Positions 1 through 9,089 of a stretch of 64,000 nt of DNA are shown piece after piece. The stretch covers positions 28 through 64,027 of the forward strand of contig CACMTR010000004.1 of NCBI GenBank assembly GCA_902616715.1, given 5' to 3'. A program made the position numbers and the translations under genes. Every line of letters starts with the position of its first letter. Within the stretch, counting starts at the first letter, position 1. The notes beneath the pieces were generated by a model. The model was not told the DNA's origin and did no database searches. It saw nothing but the letters and a program-made list of their open reading frames with translations. Origin of the DNA: an uncultured SAR86 cluster bacterium. Its GTDB lineage: Bacteria; Pseudomonadota; Gammaproteobacteria; Magnimaribacterales; AG-339-G14.

Positions 1-594
1 GATGAGAGGTCTTTATTGGAGCTATTTTTGGATCAAGCATCTTTAGATGCAGGTGAGAATCAAGCAAATGAAAATGAAGATGCGATTCAAATGATGACTC
101 TTCACTCATCTAAAGGTTTGGAGTTTCCATTAGTTTTTATGGCTGGCTGCGAGGAAGGACTTTTCCCTCATAGAAGGTCTGCAGAAGATCCTAAGCAATT
201 AGCTGAAGAAAGAAGGCTATGCTATGTCGGCATGACAAGAGCTATGGAAAGATTGTATTTGACTCATGCCGAAACAAGAACAATTTATGGAATTGATAGC
301 TTCAGTCCAGTTTCAAGATTTATCAAAGAGATTCCTGAAGAACTAATTTATGAAATTAGAGTAGCTTCTGAAACTGAGGTTAAAGACAAGGTTTTTGAGC
401 CAAGAATTGTAGGGGGAACTGAGCATAAAGTTGGGGGATTTTCTCTTGGAGATAGAGTTGAACATAAAAGTTTTGGAGAAGGTGTAATACTAAATTATGA
501 GGGAGAAGGCTCAAATGCTAGAGTAGAAGTAAACTTTGATAATGGAGGAACTAAATGGTTAGTTTTAAGTTTTGCAAATCTAGAAAAAATTTAA
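1..594 (+). CDS. uvrD: DNA helicase II (UvrD), C-terminal part; 5' end lies upstream of window
   Basis: Frame open from base 1. Motifs TLHSSKGLEFPLVF and CYVGMTRA are present, plus a UvrD-type C-terminal tail GDRVEHKSFGEGVI...GTKWLV resembling the E. coli UvrD end. Confidence 0.85.
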   Translation, partial: DERSLLELFLDQASLDAGENQANENEDAIQMMTLHSSKGLEFPLVFMAGCEEGLFPHRRSAEDPKQLAEERRLCYVGMTRAMERLYLTHAETRTIYGIDSFSPVSRFIKEIPEELIYEIRVASETEVKDKVFEPRIVGGTEHKVGGFSLGDRVEHKSFGEGVILNYEGEGSNARVEVNFDNGGTKWLVLSFANLEKI

Positions 595-1655
595 CTTATA
601 TATTTTTATGTTTTTTTCTTATTTCTTGTACTGAAAGCTCAAATCAGAATGGAGAGGTGGTAGAAAAAAAGAATTTTTCCTGGAAATTGGTAACAACTTG
701 GCCGAAAAATTATCCCGGAGTCGGACTTGGTCCTGAAAACTTTGCTCAACTCGTAGATGAGATGAGTGATGGTAGACTGAAAATAAAGGTATATGGAAAT
801 GGTGAGCTTATTCCTGCATTAGAAGTTTTCGATACTGTATCAAGAGGAACAGTAGAGATGGGTCATGGAGCATCATATTATTGGATAGGTAAACTACCTG
901 CAGCACAATTTTTTACAACCCTCCCTTTTGGCTTAAATGCTCAAGAACGAAATGCGTGGCTTCACTTTGGTGGGGGATTAGAACTATGGGAGAAAGCTTA
1001 TGAACCTTTCAATTTAATACCAATGGCTGGAGGAAATACTGGAGTTCAAATGGGAGGATGGTTTAATAAAGAAATAAATACTACTGAGGATTTGAAAGGA
1101 ATAAGGATTAGAATGCCTGGTTTAGCTGGAGAGGTTTTCACTAGAGCAGGCGGTGAGGCAGTGTTGATGCCTGGAAGCGAAATTTTTACAAATCTTCAAA
1201 CCGGAGTAATAGACGCTGCAGAATGGATAGGACCTTACAACGACTTAACTTTTGGATTTCATCAAGTAGCTAAATATTACTATTATCCTGGGTGGCAAGA
1301 ACCAGGGGCTATGACAGAGTTTATATTTAATAAAGATGCTTTTGATGAACTTCCAGATGATTTGAAGGCGATAGCAAGAACAGCCGCGAGAGCCGTTAAT
1401 CAAAATATGATGGATGAATACACAGCTAGAAATAATCAAGCGTTGATATCATTGATAGAAGATCACAATGTGATTCTAAAAAAATTTCCTGACGAAGTTC
1501 TTTTTGAACTAGAAAAAATTTCTAAGGAGGTTCTTGAAGAGTTTGTTTCGGAAGATGAATTTGCAAAAGAAATTTACAAATCTATCTTAGATTTTAAAGC
1601 AGGTGTTTCAAACTATCACAAGATTTCTGAGCAAGCTATTTACGAATTGCGTTAG
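555..1655 (+). CDS. dctP: TRAP transporter substrate-binding protein (DctP family, COG4663-like), probable lipoprotein
   Basis: WKLVTTWPKNYPG...GHGASYYW...PYNDL pattern of DctP-type solute receptors. Basic n-region plus lipobox LISC. Overlaps the uvrD end by 40 nt. Confidence 0.85.
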   Translation: MVSFKFCKSRKNLTYIFLCFFLISCTESSNQNGEVVEKKNFSWKLVTTWPKNYPGVGLGPENFAQLVDEMSDGRLKIKVYGNGELIPALEVFDTVSRGTVEMGHGASYYWIGKLPAAQFFTTLPFGLNAQERNAWLHFGGGLELWEKAYEPFNLIPMAGGNTGVQMGGWFNKEINTTEDLKGIRIRMPGLAGEVFTRAGGEAVLMPGSEIFTNLQTGVIDAAEWIGPYNDLTFGFHQVAKYYYYPGWQEPGAMTEFIFNKDAFDELPDDLKAIARTAARAVNQNMMDEYTARNNQALISLIEDHNVILKKFPDEVLFELEKISKEVLEEFVSEDEFAKEIYKSILDFKAGVSNYHKISEQAIYELR

Positions 1656-2006
1656 CTATTCTTCTAAGTATGAAGGGTTATCGATAAGTAATTTTTCCTT
1701 AGCAAGTCGAAGTAAAAAATCTTCCATTGTGGCTGTGTCAAAGTTTTCATTTTTAATCATTTTTGTTAGTTCATTTTTTGAAGATATTTTTTGCTCAAAA
1801 AGTTTTAGACTAAGATCATCTAGCTTTTTAATTAATTCTTTTTCATTTCTAATTTCTCTTTTTATGATTTTAAAAATATTTAATGCAATCCGAAGTTTAA
1901 AAGTACTTATTTCTTGCAGATTCTTGTAATCAATCTCATTCAAAAAATAATAATGTAGAACTTCCATCAGCTCTTCTTTAGATGGTCTATCAAAAAAAAC
2001 TTTCAA
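1656..2006 (-). CDS. small conserved protein, LvaB-like/DUF6285-like partner of the adjacent kinase
   Basis: 116 aa, 4-nt overlap with the upstream phosphotransferase gene. Position and size match the small subunit that accompanies APH-type kinase + ACAD pairs. No motif I can name. Confidence 0.5.
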   Translation of the reverse strand: MKVFFDRPSKEELMEVLHYYFLNEIDYKNLQEISTFKLRIALNIFKIIKREIRNEKELIKKLDDLSLKLFEQKISSKNELTKMIKNENFDTATMEDFLLRLAKEKLLIDNPSYLEE

Positions 2007-2962
2007 AACTTTTTATTTTTTATCATGTTCATCAAATCAAATTCTGTTTCTGAAACTCTTCTTCCAATTGCTGCTTTTTCAAGTGAATTCAGGTCGTTAT
2101 TTAAATGGTAAAAGGTTTGAATCATACAAATTACACCCCATCGTAAAGAGCCATAAATTTGCCAAGTATCTAATTCGTTTAGGTCAATTTTTATTGAAGA
2201 ATTTGATTCGTAGCCTTTTATCAGGTCATCAAGATTTCCAAGACCAGCTACTCTTTTTCTATTTTTTCCAAATCTCCATGATTTAACACACAACCAACTT
2301 AAATCTTCTAAGGGGCTTCCTATATGAGAAAGTTCCCAATCAATCACTGAATTTAATGCATTTTTAGAAATAATAAAATTGCCTAGCCTATAATCTCCAT
2401 GAACCAGAACGTTATTTTGATTTTTTAGATTTTTTTTTGCTAAAAAATTGAATGCATATTCAAAAACTGGTTGAGGCTCTTTGAATGATGAATAAACTTT
2501 ATAGAGTTCTTTTAAAGACTCGTCAAAAGACATTTCTTTTAGTTCTCCGAGGTCGCTGACATCGCTTTGATGGATCTTCGCTAGAATTTCTCCCATTCTA
2601 AAAGTAATTGATGTCCTAATTTTTTTAAATATATCGTCTCTAAGTATTTTTCTTGGAATTGTTTCTCCACTAATAAACTCCATAACATACCCGCTCCCAA
2701 ATCCACTTGTTTCGTCAAATTCATAGAAAATTTCTGGAACGGGAACGTGATTGCGTTTTACAATCCTTTGGATTTTAGCTTCTAATTTTTTTGAGATTGC
2801 TAACTTAGATTCGGAAGAATCTGGGGTCCTTCTTAAAATATATTTCTTTTTATTAGTCAGGATCAGCTTGTATGTTTCTGCTGAAGCTCCACCAGAGAGT
2901 TGATGAAAATCTTTAATTTCAGAGTTTAGAAGATTCTCAGTAAATTTTTTAAGTTTATCCAT
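2003..2962 (-). CDS. phosphotransferase family protein (APH/choline-kinase fold), LvaA / ACAD10-11 kinase-domain-like
   Basis: Catalytic loop HGDYRLGNFI and IDWE metal-binding motif. Overlaps the ACAD stop by 8 nt. Confidence 0.8.
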   Translation of the reverse strand: MDKLKKFTENLLNSEIKDFHQLSGGASAETYKLILTNKKKYILRRTPDSSESKLAISKKLEAKIQRIVKRNHVPVPEIFYEFDETSGFGSGYVMEFISGETIPRKILRDDIFKKIRTSITFRMGEILAKIHQSDVSDLGELKEMSFDESLKELYKVYSSFKEPQPVFEYAFNFLAKKNLKNQNNVLVHGDYRLGNFIISKNALNSVIDWELSHIGSPLEDLSWLCVKSWRFGKNRKRVAGLGNLDDLIKGYESNSSIKIDLNELDTWQIYGSLRWGVICMIQTFYHLNNDLNSLEKAAIGRRVSETEFDLMNMIKNKKF

Positions 2963-4208
2963 TTAGTTGGTTTTGTAAGGAAGCGTCGCGCTCTCCGAAA
3001 TCCCAACCAGCACCATTATTTTCGTAATTTTTGAGAATTCTTTTTGCAACAGATTGAATGTGAACCTCATCAGGACCATCGTAAATTCTAGCCTCTCTAG
3101 CATGCCTGTACATTAGGCTGAGAGGAGTGTCATCGGTAAGCCCTTTTGCTCCATGAACCTGAATTGCTCTATCAATTACGTTATGAAGCATCTGCGCGCC
3201 AATTACTTTAATTAGTCCAATTTCAATTCTCGCATCATCCCCTTGATCAATCCTTTTAGCGGCATCAAGAGTTAATTGCCTTGATGATTGAATTTCACAA
3301 GCACTATCAAAAACAAATTTCTGCAGAAGTTGTTTTTGAGTCAGAGAGGTTCCAAAGGTTTCTCTTTCATGCATTCTTGAACACATTAAATCAAAAGCCC
3401 TTTGAGCTTGGCCTAGCCATCTCATACAATGGAAAATCCTCCCAGGCCCCAACCTTTTTTGAGCTATAAGAAATCCTTGGCCTCTAGGACCCAACAAGTT
3501 TTCTTCAGGCACCTCGACATTGTCATATTCAACTTCGTAATGACCACCGTTTATGCCAAGTACAGGAGTTTCTCTAATAATTTTATATCCTGGATTATCA
3601 GTAGGAACAATTATCATGCTAAAGGCTCCATGATTTGAAGCGTCTAATTCTGTCTTACACATAACTGTAGTATAAGCAGCACGAGAAGCTCCTGTTGTGA
3701 ACCATTTCCTTCCATTGATCTTCCACATCCCTTTATCCAAAATAGCAGTAGTTTGAAGTTGAGTAGGATCAGAACTAGCAACTTCTGGTTCAGTCATTCC
3801 AAAACTTGGAAATATTTCTCCTTTAACTAGAGGTTGTAGATACTTTTTTCTCCAGTGATCTGAGGCAAATTCTCGCAACATTATTGAGTCTTGAAGAGAT
3901 ACAGTACCTAAACCAACATTTGCATAGGGCGATCTTCCAATAACTTCATTAATATAAACATAGTCCATAAAAGGCATACCGCCTCCACCTATATCTTTAG
4001 GATGTCCTAAAGCCCATATATTTTCATCTTTTGCCATCTGAGTAATTCTTTTCATTACTTCTTTGGATTCATCTGAATTTTCAGCTAATTTTTTTTCTAC
4101 AGGATATATTTCCTCTTCGATAAAGCTTTTAACTTTAGCTCTAATTTTCGTCCATTCTTTCTTCATACGGCGTTTTATTTTTTTGCGAATGCTCTTACTG
4201 CTTTCCAA
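2955..4208 (-). CDS. acyl-CoA dehydrogenase family protein (LvaC / ACAD10-11-type)
   Basis: Full-length ACAD fold: GMTEPEVASSDPT, WFTTGA, C-terminal IYDGPDEVH. The track start at 4208 overlaps the dipeptidase by 34 nt. The in-frame ATG at 4166 (MKKEW) removes the overlap and may be the true start. Confidence 0.9.
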   Translation of the reverse strand: MESSKSIRKKIKRRMKKEWTKIRAKVKSFIEEEIYPVEKKLAENSDESKEVMKRITQMAKDENIWALGHPKDIGGGGMPFMDYVYINEVIGRSPYANVGLGTVSLQDSIMLREFASDHWRKKYLQPLVKGEIFPSFGMTEPEVASSDPTQLQTTAILDKGMWKINGRKWFTTGASRAAYTTVMCKTELDASNHGAFSMIIVPTDNPGYKIIRETPVLGINGGHYEVEYDNVEVPEENLLGPRGQGFLIAQKRLGPGRIFHCMRWLGQAQRAFDLMCSRMHERETFGTSLTQKQLLQKFVFDSACEIQSSRQLTLDAAKRIDQGDDARIEIGLIKVIGAQMLHNVIDRAIQVHGAKGLTDDTPLSLMYRHAREARIYDGPDEVHIQSVAKRILKNYENNGAGWDFGERDASLQNQLNG

Positions 4209-5266
4209 ACTCTTAAAATATTTCCATTAAGAATTTTATCTATCTCATCTTCTGTGTAACCTCTTAAAAGAAGTTCTTCGATTAAGTTAGGAAATTTTGA
4301 GACATCATCTATGTCTTCAGGTAAAGGCACTTCTCCATCGAAGTCCGAACCTAAGCCAACATGATCAATACCAACTAGATTTTTTACATGGTCTATATTG
4401 TCAACCACATTCTTTACTGTAACTTTCATATCTGGATTTGATTTTCTATCAGCAACAAAGTCAGATCCAAAACAAATTTGAATGACGCCATTATTCTTTG
4501 CCAAAGCTATCAACATTTCATCGGAGACATTTCTCTCCCATCCAGGAGTGAAGTGTCTTAAAGAACTATGAGTAGCCAGGACAGGCGCTTCGCTAATCTC
4601 TAACACTTTCATAAAAGCTTTATCTGACACATGACTGATATCTATCATTACTCCCTGTTTGTTCATTTCTTTCACCACCTCGAACCCAAAAGGGCTTAGT
4701 CCATCTTTCCACCTTTTATTTTCGTCATAAGAACTGTCGGATATGTGATTGCTCTTAGCGTGAGCTAAAGTAATATAATTCACTCCTAAATCAGCGAAAT
4801 ATTTTATATTTTCAAGCTTGCCTTCAATTGGGGCTCCGTTTTCAATTCCGTAGGCTATTCCTACCAAGTTTTTATTTTCCTCTAAAACTTTTATATCGGA
4901 AGGGTCATTAATAAAAGTAAATTTTTCAGGATTGTCTTTAATGATCTTATTCATCATTCCAATTAATTCGACAGCTAAATTGAATGAAGTACCTTCTGTT
5001 TCGGTTCTGGCAGGAATAAAAATTGCAAAGAAAGGAAGATTCAAGCCACCTTCAATTGCTCTAGGGTAGTCAAAGTGATAAGAAGTATTTTTTGTGATGT
5101 CATCACTGGAGCCAGTATTATTCTTTTGACGCCAAATTTGGAAGGGGGTATCGATATGAGAGTCGATAATTATTTTTTCTTTACTAAAATCTTTCGCCTT
5201 TTGACTTAAGTCCTCTGAACAAGAAGTTAATACAACGAAAAATAAAATTAGGTAAATTTTAAACAT
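4175..5266 (-). CDS. membrane dipeptidase (peptidase M19, renal-dipeptidase family), lipoprotein
   Basis: DSHIDTP metal-binding start, HSS...H and GSDFDG motifs of M19. Signal peptide with lipobox LTSC. Confidence 0.85.
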   Translation of the reverse strand: MFKIYLILFFVVLTSCSEDLSQKAKDFSKEKIIIDSHIDTPFQIWRQKNNTGSSDDITKNTSYHFDYPRAIEGGLNLPFFAIFIPARTETEGTSFNLAVELIGMMNKIIKDNPEKFTFINDPSDIKVLEENKNLVGIAYGIENGAPIEGKLENIKYFADLGVNYITLAHAKSNHISDSSYDENKRWKDGLSPFGFEVVKEMNKQGVMIDISHVSDKAFMKVLEISEAPVLATHSSLRHFTPGWERNVSDEMLIALAKNNGVIQICFGSDFVADRKSNPDMKVTVKNVVDNIDHVKNLVGIDHVGLGSDFDGEVPLPEDIDDVSKFPNLIEELLLRGYTEDEIDKILNGNILRVWKAVRAFAKK

Positions 5267-5322
5267 GTTTTATCTTTTAAATTTTTTTAAATATATCAGA
5301 AAATGCATTTTATTAAGAACAG

Positions 5323-6681
5323 CTAAAAAATAATTTTTGGCAAATAAGTAGCCAAGAAAGGAAAATATGCAACTAAGCATAAAACAAAAATTTGAATAAC
5401 GATAAACGGAAGAACTCCTTGATACATCGTTTCAGTTTTAATTTGTTCTGGAGTGACACTTCTGAGATAGAAAAGTGCGAATCCAAATGGCGGCGTTAAA
5501 AAAGACGTTTGTAAATTTATGGCCAACATAACACCTAACCACAATGGGTCAGCACCCATTGCCATCAAAATCGGCCCAACTATTGGCACAACTATAAAAG
5601 TTATTTCAATGAAATCTAAAATAAATCCTAGAATAAAAACTAACAGCATAACTAAGACCATAGAACCAAATAATCCACCAGGAATTTTGTTAAAAATATC
5701 GGTAATGAGTTCTTCTCCTCCTAAACCTCTAAAAACTAGAGAAAAAATAGATGCACCTATTAGAATTAAAAAAACCATTGATGAGATAAAAGCACTCTGT
5801 TTTGTGGTTTCAGAGAGGATTTTTAGGTTTAACTTTTTATGGAGTAAAGCTATTAATATAGCTCCAAGAGCTCCAATCCCTGCAGCTTCCGTAGGCGAGG
5901 CAACTCCGAAAATTATTGATCCTAAAACGGCAAAAATAAGAAAGAAAGGAGGTGCTAGTGTTGAAATGAGTTTAATGAAGCTTTCTTCTCTCGAATCATT
6001 AGTTGAAATAATATCTTCCTTCCTTAAATTAAAAATAAAATATAAACCATAAATAATTACCAAAATTAACCCAGGCACAATCGCAGCCATAAATAAATCG
6101 CCGACAGAAAGAGACTTGGCAACATAATTGCCAATTTTAAGTTGAGATTGTTGGTATGCTGTAGCTAATACGTCTCCCAGTATAACTAAAGCAATTGAAG
6201 GAGGGATAATTTGACCAAGAGTGCCAGTTGCAGCAATTAATCCGGTTGATATTTTTTCTGAGTAGCCTCTTTGCAACATTGCAGGCAAAGATATTAATCC
6301 CATGGCAATAACAGTAGCCCCAACTATTCCAGTGCTAGCCGCAAGTAGCGCCCCAACAAACAGAATCGATATGCCTAATCCACTTTTGTATTTACTGAAT
6401 AGTTTCGACATTGAATTTAACAATAGTTCTGCGACTTTGGATTTTTCTAAAATTACCCCCATGAAAATGAATAGGGGAACAGCTACTAATGTTGCGTTCG
6501 TCATTATTCCGTAAAGTCTGTTAGGGATTGTTTCTAGAAGGGTAAGGTCAAATAGTCCAAAAATACTAATAAAAAGAGCAAAAAGAATTGAAACTCCCCC
6601 AAGAGTAAATGCAACTGGAAAGCCTATGAGAAGACTGAGACAAATTACAAAAAATAACAGCAGAGGTAAAAATTCAATCAT
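5323..6681 (-). CDS. dctM: TRAP transporter large permease subunit
   Basis: 452 aa, polytopic, typical DctM length and Gly/Ile-rich TM pattern. 8-nt overlap with dctQ. Confidence 0.9.
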   Translation of the reverse strand: MIEFLPLLLFFVICLSLLIGFPVAFTLGGVSILFALFISIFGLFDLTLLETIPNRLYGIMTNATLVAVPLFIFMGVILEKSKVAELLLNSMSKLFSKYKSGLGISILFVGALLAASTGIVGATVIAMGLISLPAMLQRGYSEKISTGLIAATGTLGQIIPPSIALVILGDVLATAYQQSQLKIGNYVAKSLSVGDLFMAAIVPGLILVIIYGLYFIFNLRKEDIISTNDSREESFIKLISTLAPPFFLIFAVLGSIIFGVASPTEAAGIGALGAILIALLHKKLNLKILSETTKQSAFISSMVFLILIGASIFSLVFRGLGGEELITDIFNKIPGGLFGSMVLVMLLVFILGFILDFIEITFIVVPIVGPILMAMGADPLWLGVMLAINLQTSFLTPPFGFALFYLRSVTPEQIKTETMYQGVLPFIVIQIFVLCLVAYFPFLATYLPKIIF

Positions 6682-7180
6682 TTATAAAAAAGGAAAGTAT
6701 GTTTGCAAAACTTTGTAATAATAAAAGAATAGTAGAAATAACAATAACTGTTTTATAAAGATAAACAAATGGGAGTCCTCCAGGCTCTGCAGAGATCTCT
6801 TTTATTTCCCATGAGAAAGAAACGTATTCAAAAGAAACAAATAAAATAACCCATAACATTGGCTGAAGAAAAATTACGTTCCCAATAAGATTAATTAATT
6901 TTTTTCTTCTTTCAGAGAATCTTCTGTACAAAATATCTACTCTTACATGTTGATCCTCTCTCATAGCGTATGCAGCACATATAAGAAAGGTAATTCCGTG
7001 AGAATAAATAATCAGTTCTTGCAGGCTTAAGATGCCTACTCCGAAAACATATCTTGCAATAACTACGTAAGCAGTTAAAAAGATCATTAGTATTAGAAAC
7101 CAAGTACTGACTTTTCCTAGCAAGGTTGGAAAAAATATTAGTATAGATTGGCAAATTTGGTTAATATTTTTTAATATCAT
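6674..7180 (-). CDS. dctQ: TRAP transporter small permease subunit
   Basis: 168 aa with 4 hydrophobic segments, HVRVD motif, immediately upstream of dctM. Confidence 0.8.
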   Translation of the reverse strand: MILKNINQICQSILIFFPTLLGKVSTWFLILMIFLTAYVVIARYVFGVGILSLQELIIYSHGITFLICAAYAMREDQHVRVDILYRRFSERRKKLINLIGNVIFLQPMLWVILFVSFEYVSFSWEIKEISAEPGGLPFVYLYKTVIVISTILLLLQSFANILSFFIND

Positions 7181-7201
7181 AAAAAGTTTTATTATATTTA
7201 C

Positions 7202-7975
7202 ATGTTAATAGTTATATCTCCAGCAAAGACTCTAGATTATTCTCCTTTAAATGCATCAATAGGTTTTTCAGAGCCTTCTTTTATTGGAAAAACAGAATCT
7301 TTAGTTAAAGAGATGCGTAATTATGATCCAGAAATGATTTCATCCTTGATGAAAATCAGCGAAAACCTAGGCTTCTTAAACTTTGAAAGATTCCAAAGCT
7401 GGAAACAAGATTCATCTCCTGGCCCCGAATCAAAACAATCTGCTTTTGCTTTTAAGGGAGATGTTTATAAGGGTTTGGACATAGCATCTTTAGATAAAAG
7501 TTCTATTGATTATGCACAGAATTATTTAAGGATTTTGTCAGGTCTTTACGGTCTGCTTAAACCTTTAGATTTAATCGCTCCCTATAGACTAGAAATGGGG
7601 ACGAAATTAAATATAGGAGATTCAAAAAACCTCTATGAATATTGGACTTCTGATTTGACCAGTGCAATAAATAGAGACTTGAAGATTCAAAAAACTAAAA
7701 TCTTGGTTAACCTCGCTTCAAATGAATATTTTTCAGCTTTAGACTCAGATAAGTTAGAAGCTGAAGTTATTTCTCCAGTTTTCAAAGATTATAAGAATGG
7801 TGATTACAAAATCATTAGTTTTCATGCAAAAAAAGCAAGAGGCTTAATGACAAGATTTATTCTGTCAAATAGTTTGAAAGATCCCAGAGATATAGAAAAA
7901 TTTGATTATGAAGGCTATAAATTTTCTGAAAAATTATCTAAAGATAATACTCCGGTTTTTTTGAGAAATCTTTAG
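7202..7975 (+). CDS. yaaA: peroxide stress protein YaaA (UPF0246)
   Basis: N-terminus MLIVISPAKTLDY and YGLLKPLD, FHAKKARG motifs. Confidence 0.9.
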   Translation: MLIVISPAKTLDYSPLNASIGFSEPSFIGKTESLVKEMRNYDPEMISSLMKISENLGFLNFERFQSWKQDSSPGPESKQSAFAFKGDVYKGLDIASLDKSSIDYAQNYLRILSGLYGLLKPLDLIAPYRLEMGTKLNIGDSKNLYEYWTSDLTSAINRDLKIQKTKILVNLASNEYFSALDSDKLEAEVISPVFKDYKNGDYKIISFHAKKARGLMTRFILSNSLKDPRDIEKFDYEGYKFSEKLSKDNTPVFLRNL

Positions 7976-7977
7976 AC

Positions 7978-8841
7978 TCAGGCTTTCTTTGCTTTTCCGT
8001 ATTCTTTAATTTCTGCAATATCTTCGAATTCAGGTTCTCTCTTCTCGACTCTAGACATCATTGCTTCAGCCATATCTTCCTGAGGAAGCATTGCACCGCT
8101 CCAAAGAGCATTGAATTCAAGTCCGTCATTAACAGAGTGGTCTCTAGAAAAATTTAAAACAGCTTTTGTTCCATAAACTGCCAAAGGACTTTTAGAGGCA
8201 ATCTCAGAAGCCATTTCTTTTATCCCAATTAACATAGATTCTTGAGAATCATAAACTTTGTTGACTAAACCACATTCCAAGGATTCATCAGCATGCATCC
8301 TTCTTCCGGTATAGGCTAATTCTCTTACTTTTCCTTCTGGTACAACTCGAGGCAGGCGTTGAAGTGTTCCAATGTCAGCAGCCATTCCTATATTAATTTC
8401 CTGGATACAGAAAAAAGCATCTTTACTAGCAAATCTAATATCTGCAGCAGTTGCTAGATCTAACCCGCCTCCAATACAACCACCTTGGATACAGCACAAG
8501 ACAGGAATTCTAAGCTTTTCGAGTTTTGATAAATTTTCTTGAAGTTCCATCGCAACTCGATATAAAACTTCACCTGTTCTAGCTTTATCAGGCCTATTAT
8601 CTTTTTTTTCTTCATCAGATCCCAATGTGCCAAAATTTGCTAAATCCATACCAGCACAAAAGTGTTTACCAGTGGACGAAAGAATTAGAACCCTCAAAGA
8701 AGTATCTTTTTTTATTTCATCTAGTACTCTTGGTAGTTCATACCAAAAATTTAGCGTCATTTTATTAAATTCTTCACCCTTATTAAGTATTAGGTGACCA
8801 ACACCATCTTTTTTACTGTAATCAAAACTTTCGTAATTCAT
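7978..8841 (-). CDS. enoyl-CoA hydratase/isomerase (crotonase) family, dienoyl-CoA-isomerase-like
   Basis: Crotonase fold motifs FCAGMDL, GGCIGGGLDLATAADIR. Confidence 0.85.
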   Translation of the reverse strand: MNYESFDYSKKDGVGHLILNKGEEFNKMTLNFWYELPRVLDEIKKDTSLRVLILSSTGKHFCAGMDLANFGTLGSDEEKKDNRPDKARTGEVLYRVAMELQENLSKLEKLRIPVLCCIQGGCIGGGLDLATAADIRFASKDAFFCIQEINIGMAADIGTLQRLPRVVPEGKVRELAYTGRRMHADESLECGLVNKVYDSQESMLIGIKEMASEIASKSPLAVYGTKAVLNFSRDHSVNDGLEFNALWSGAMLPQEDMAEAMMSRVEKREPEFEDIAEIKEYGKAKKA

Positions 8842-9024
8842 TTAACTCTCCTGTTCTTTAGACTTTAAGTCGCTCACTAAACTATCAGCTATATCTTCTA
8901 GTTCGTCAATTAAATCATAAGAACTATGATAGGGCAGCACAACTTTTCTGCTTTTCTTGCTAAGTCTTTTTAACCCCTTAGAAATTTCTTCAGCTTTTTT
9001 TACTAATTCTACTTCGTTTTTCAT
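8842..9024 (-). CDS. hypothetical small charged protein (60 aa)
   Basis: The ORF stop directly abuts the start of the crotonase gene. No recognisable family, so coding status is uncertain. Confidence 0.3.
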   Translation of the reverse strand: MKNEVELVKKAEEISKGLKRLSKKSRKVVLPYHSSYDLIDELEDIADSLVSDLKSKEQES

Positions 9025-9089
9025 AGTTCTTCATATCTAGGAAATCATTGTAAATCAATTAGATAATTTTTAAAGTTACAAGATCTGAT

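Noticed and set aside
1603-1929. 108-aa Ser/Phe-rich ORF on the plus strand, overlapping the dctP end and the LvaB-like gene.
   Set aside because: Low-complexity composition. The opposite-strand ORF fits the operon structure, with a 4-nt overlap to the kinase gene.
5519-6052. 177-aa plus-strand ORF inside dctM. The same pattern appears in other long antisense ORFs, such as 11470-11835 in thiG, 15542-15901 in proC, 52507-52866 in the fusion gene and 25510-25845 across thyA/lgt.
   Set aside because: They lie fully antisense to genes with strong family signatures. Their translations are low-complexity (Ile/Lys/Ser/Pro-rich) with no motifs. They are typical shadow ORFs.
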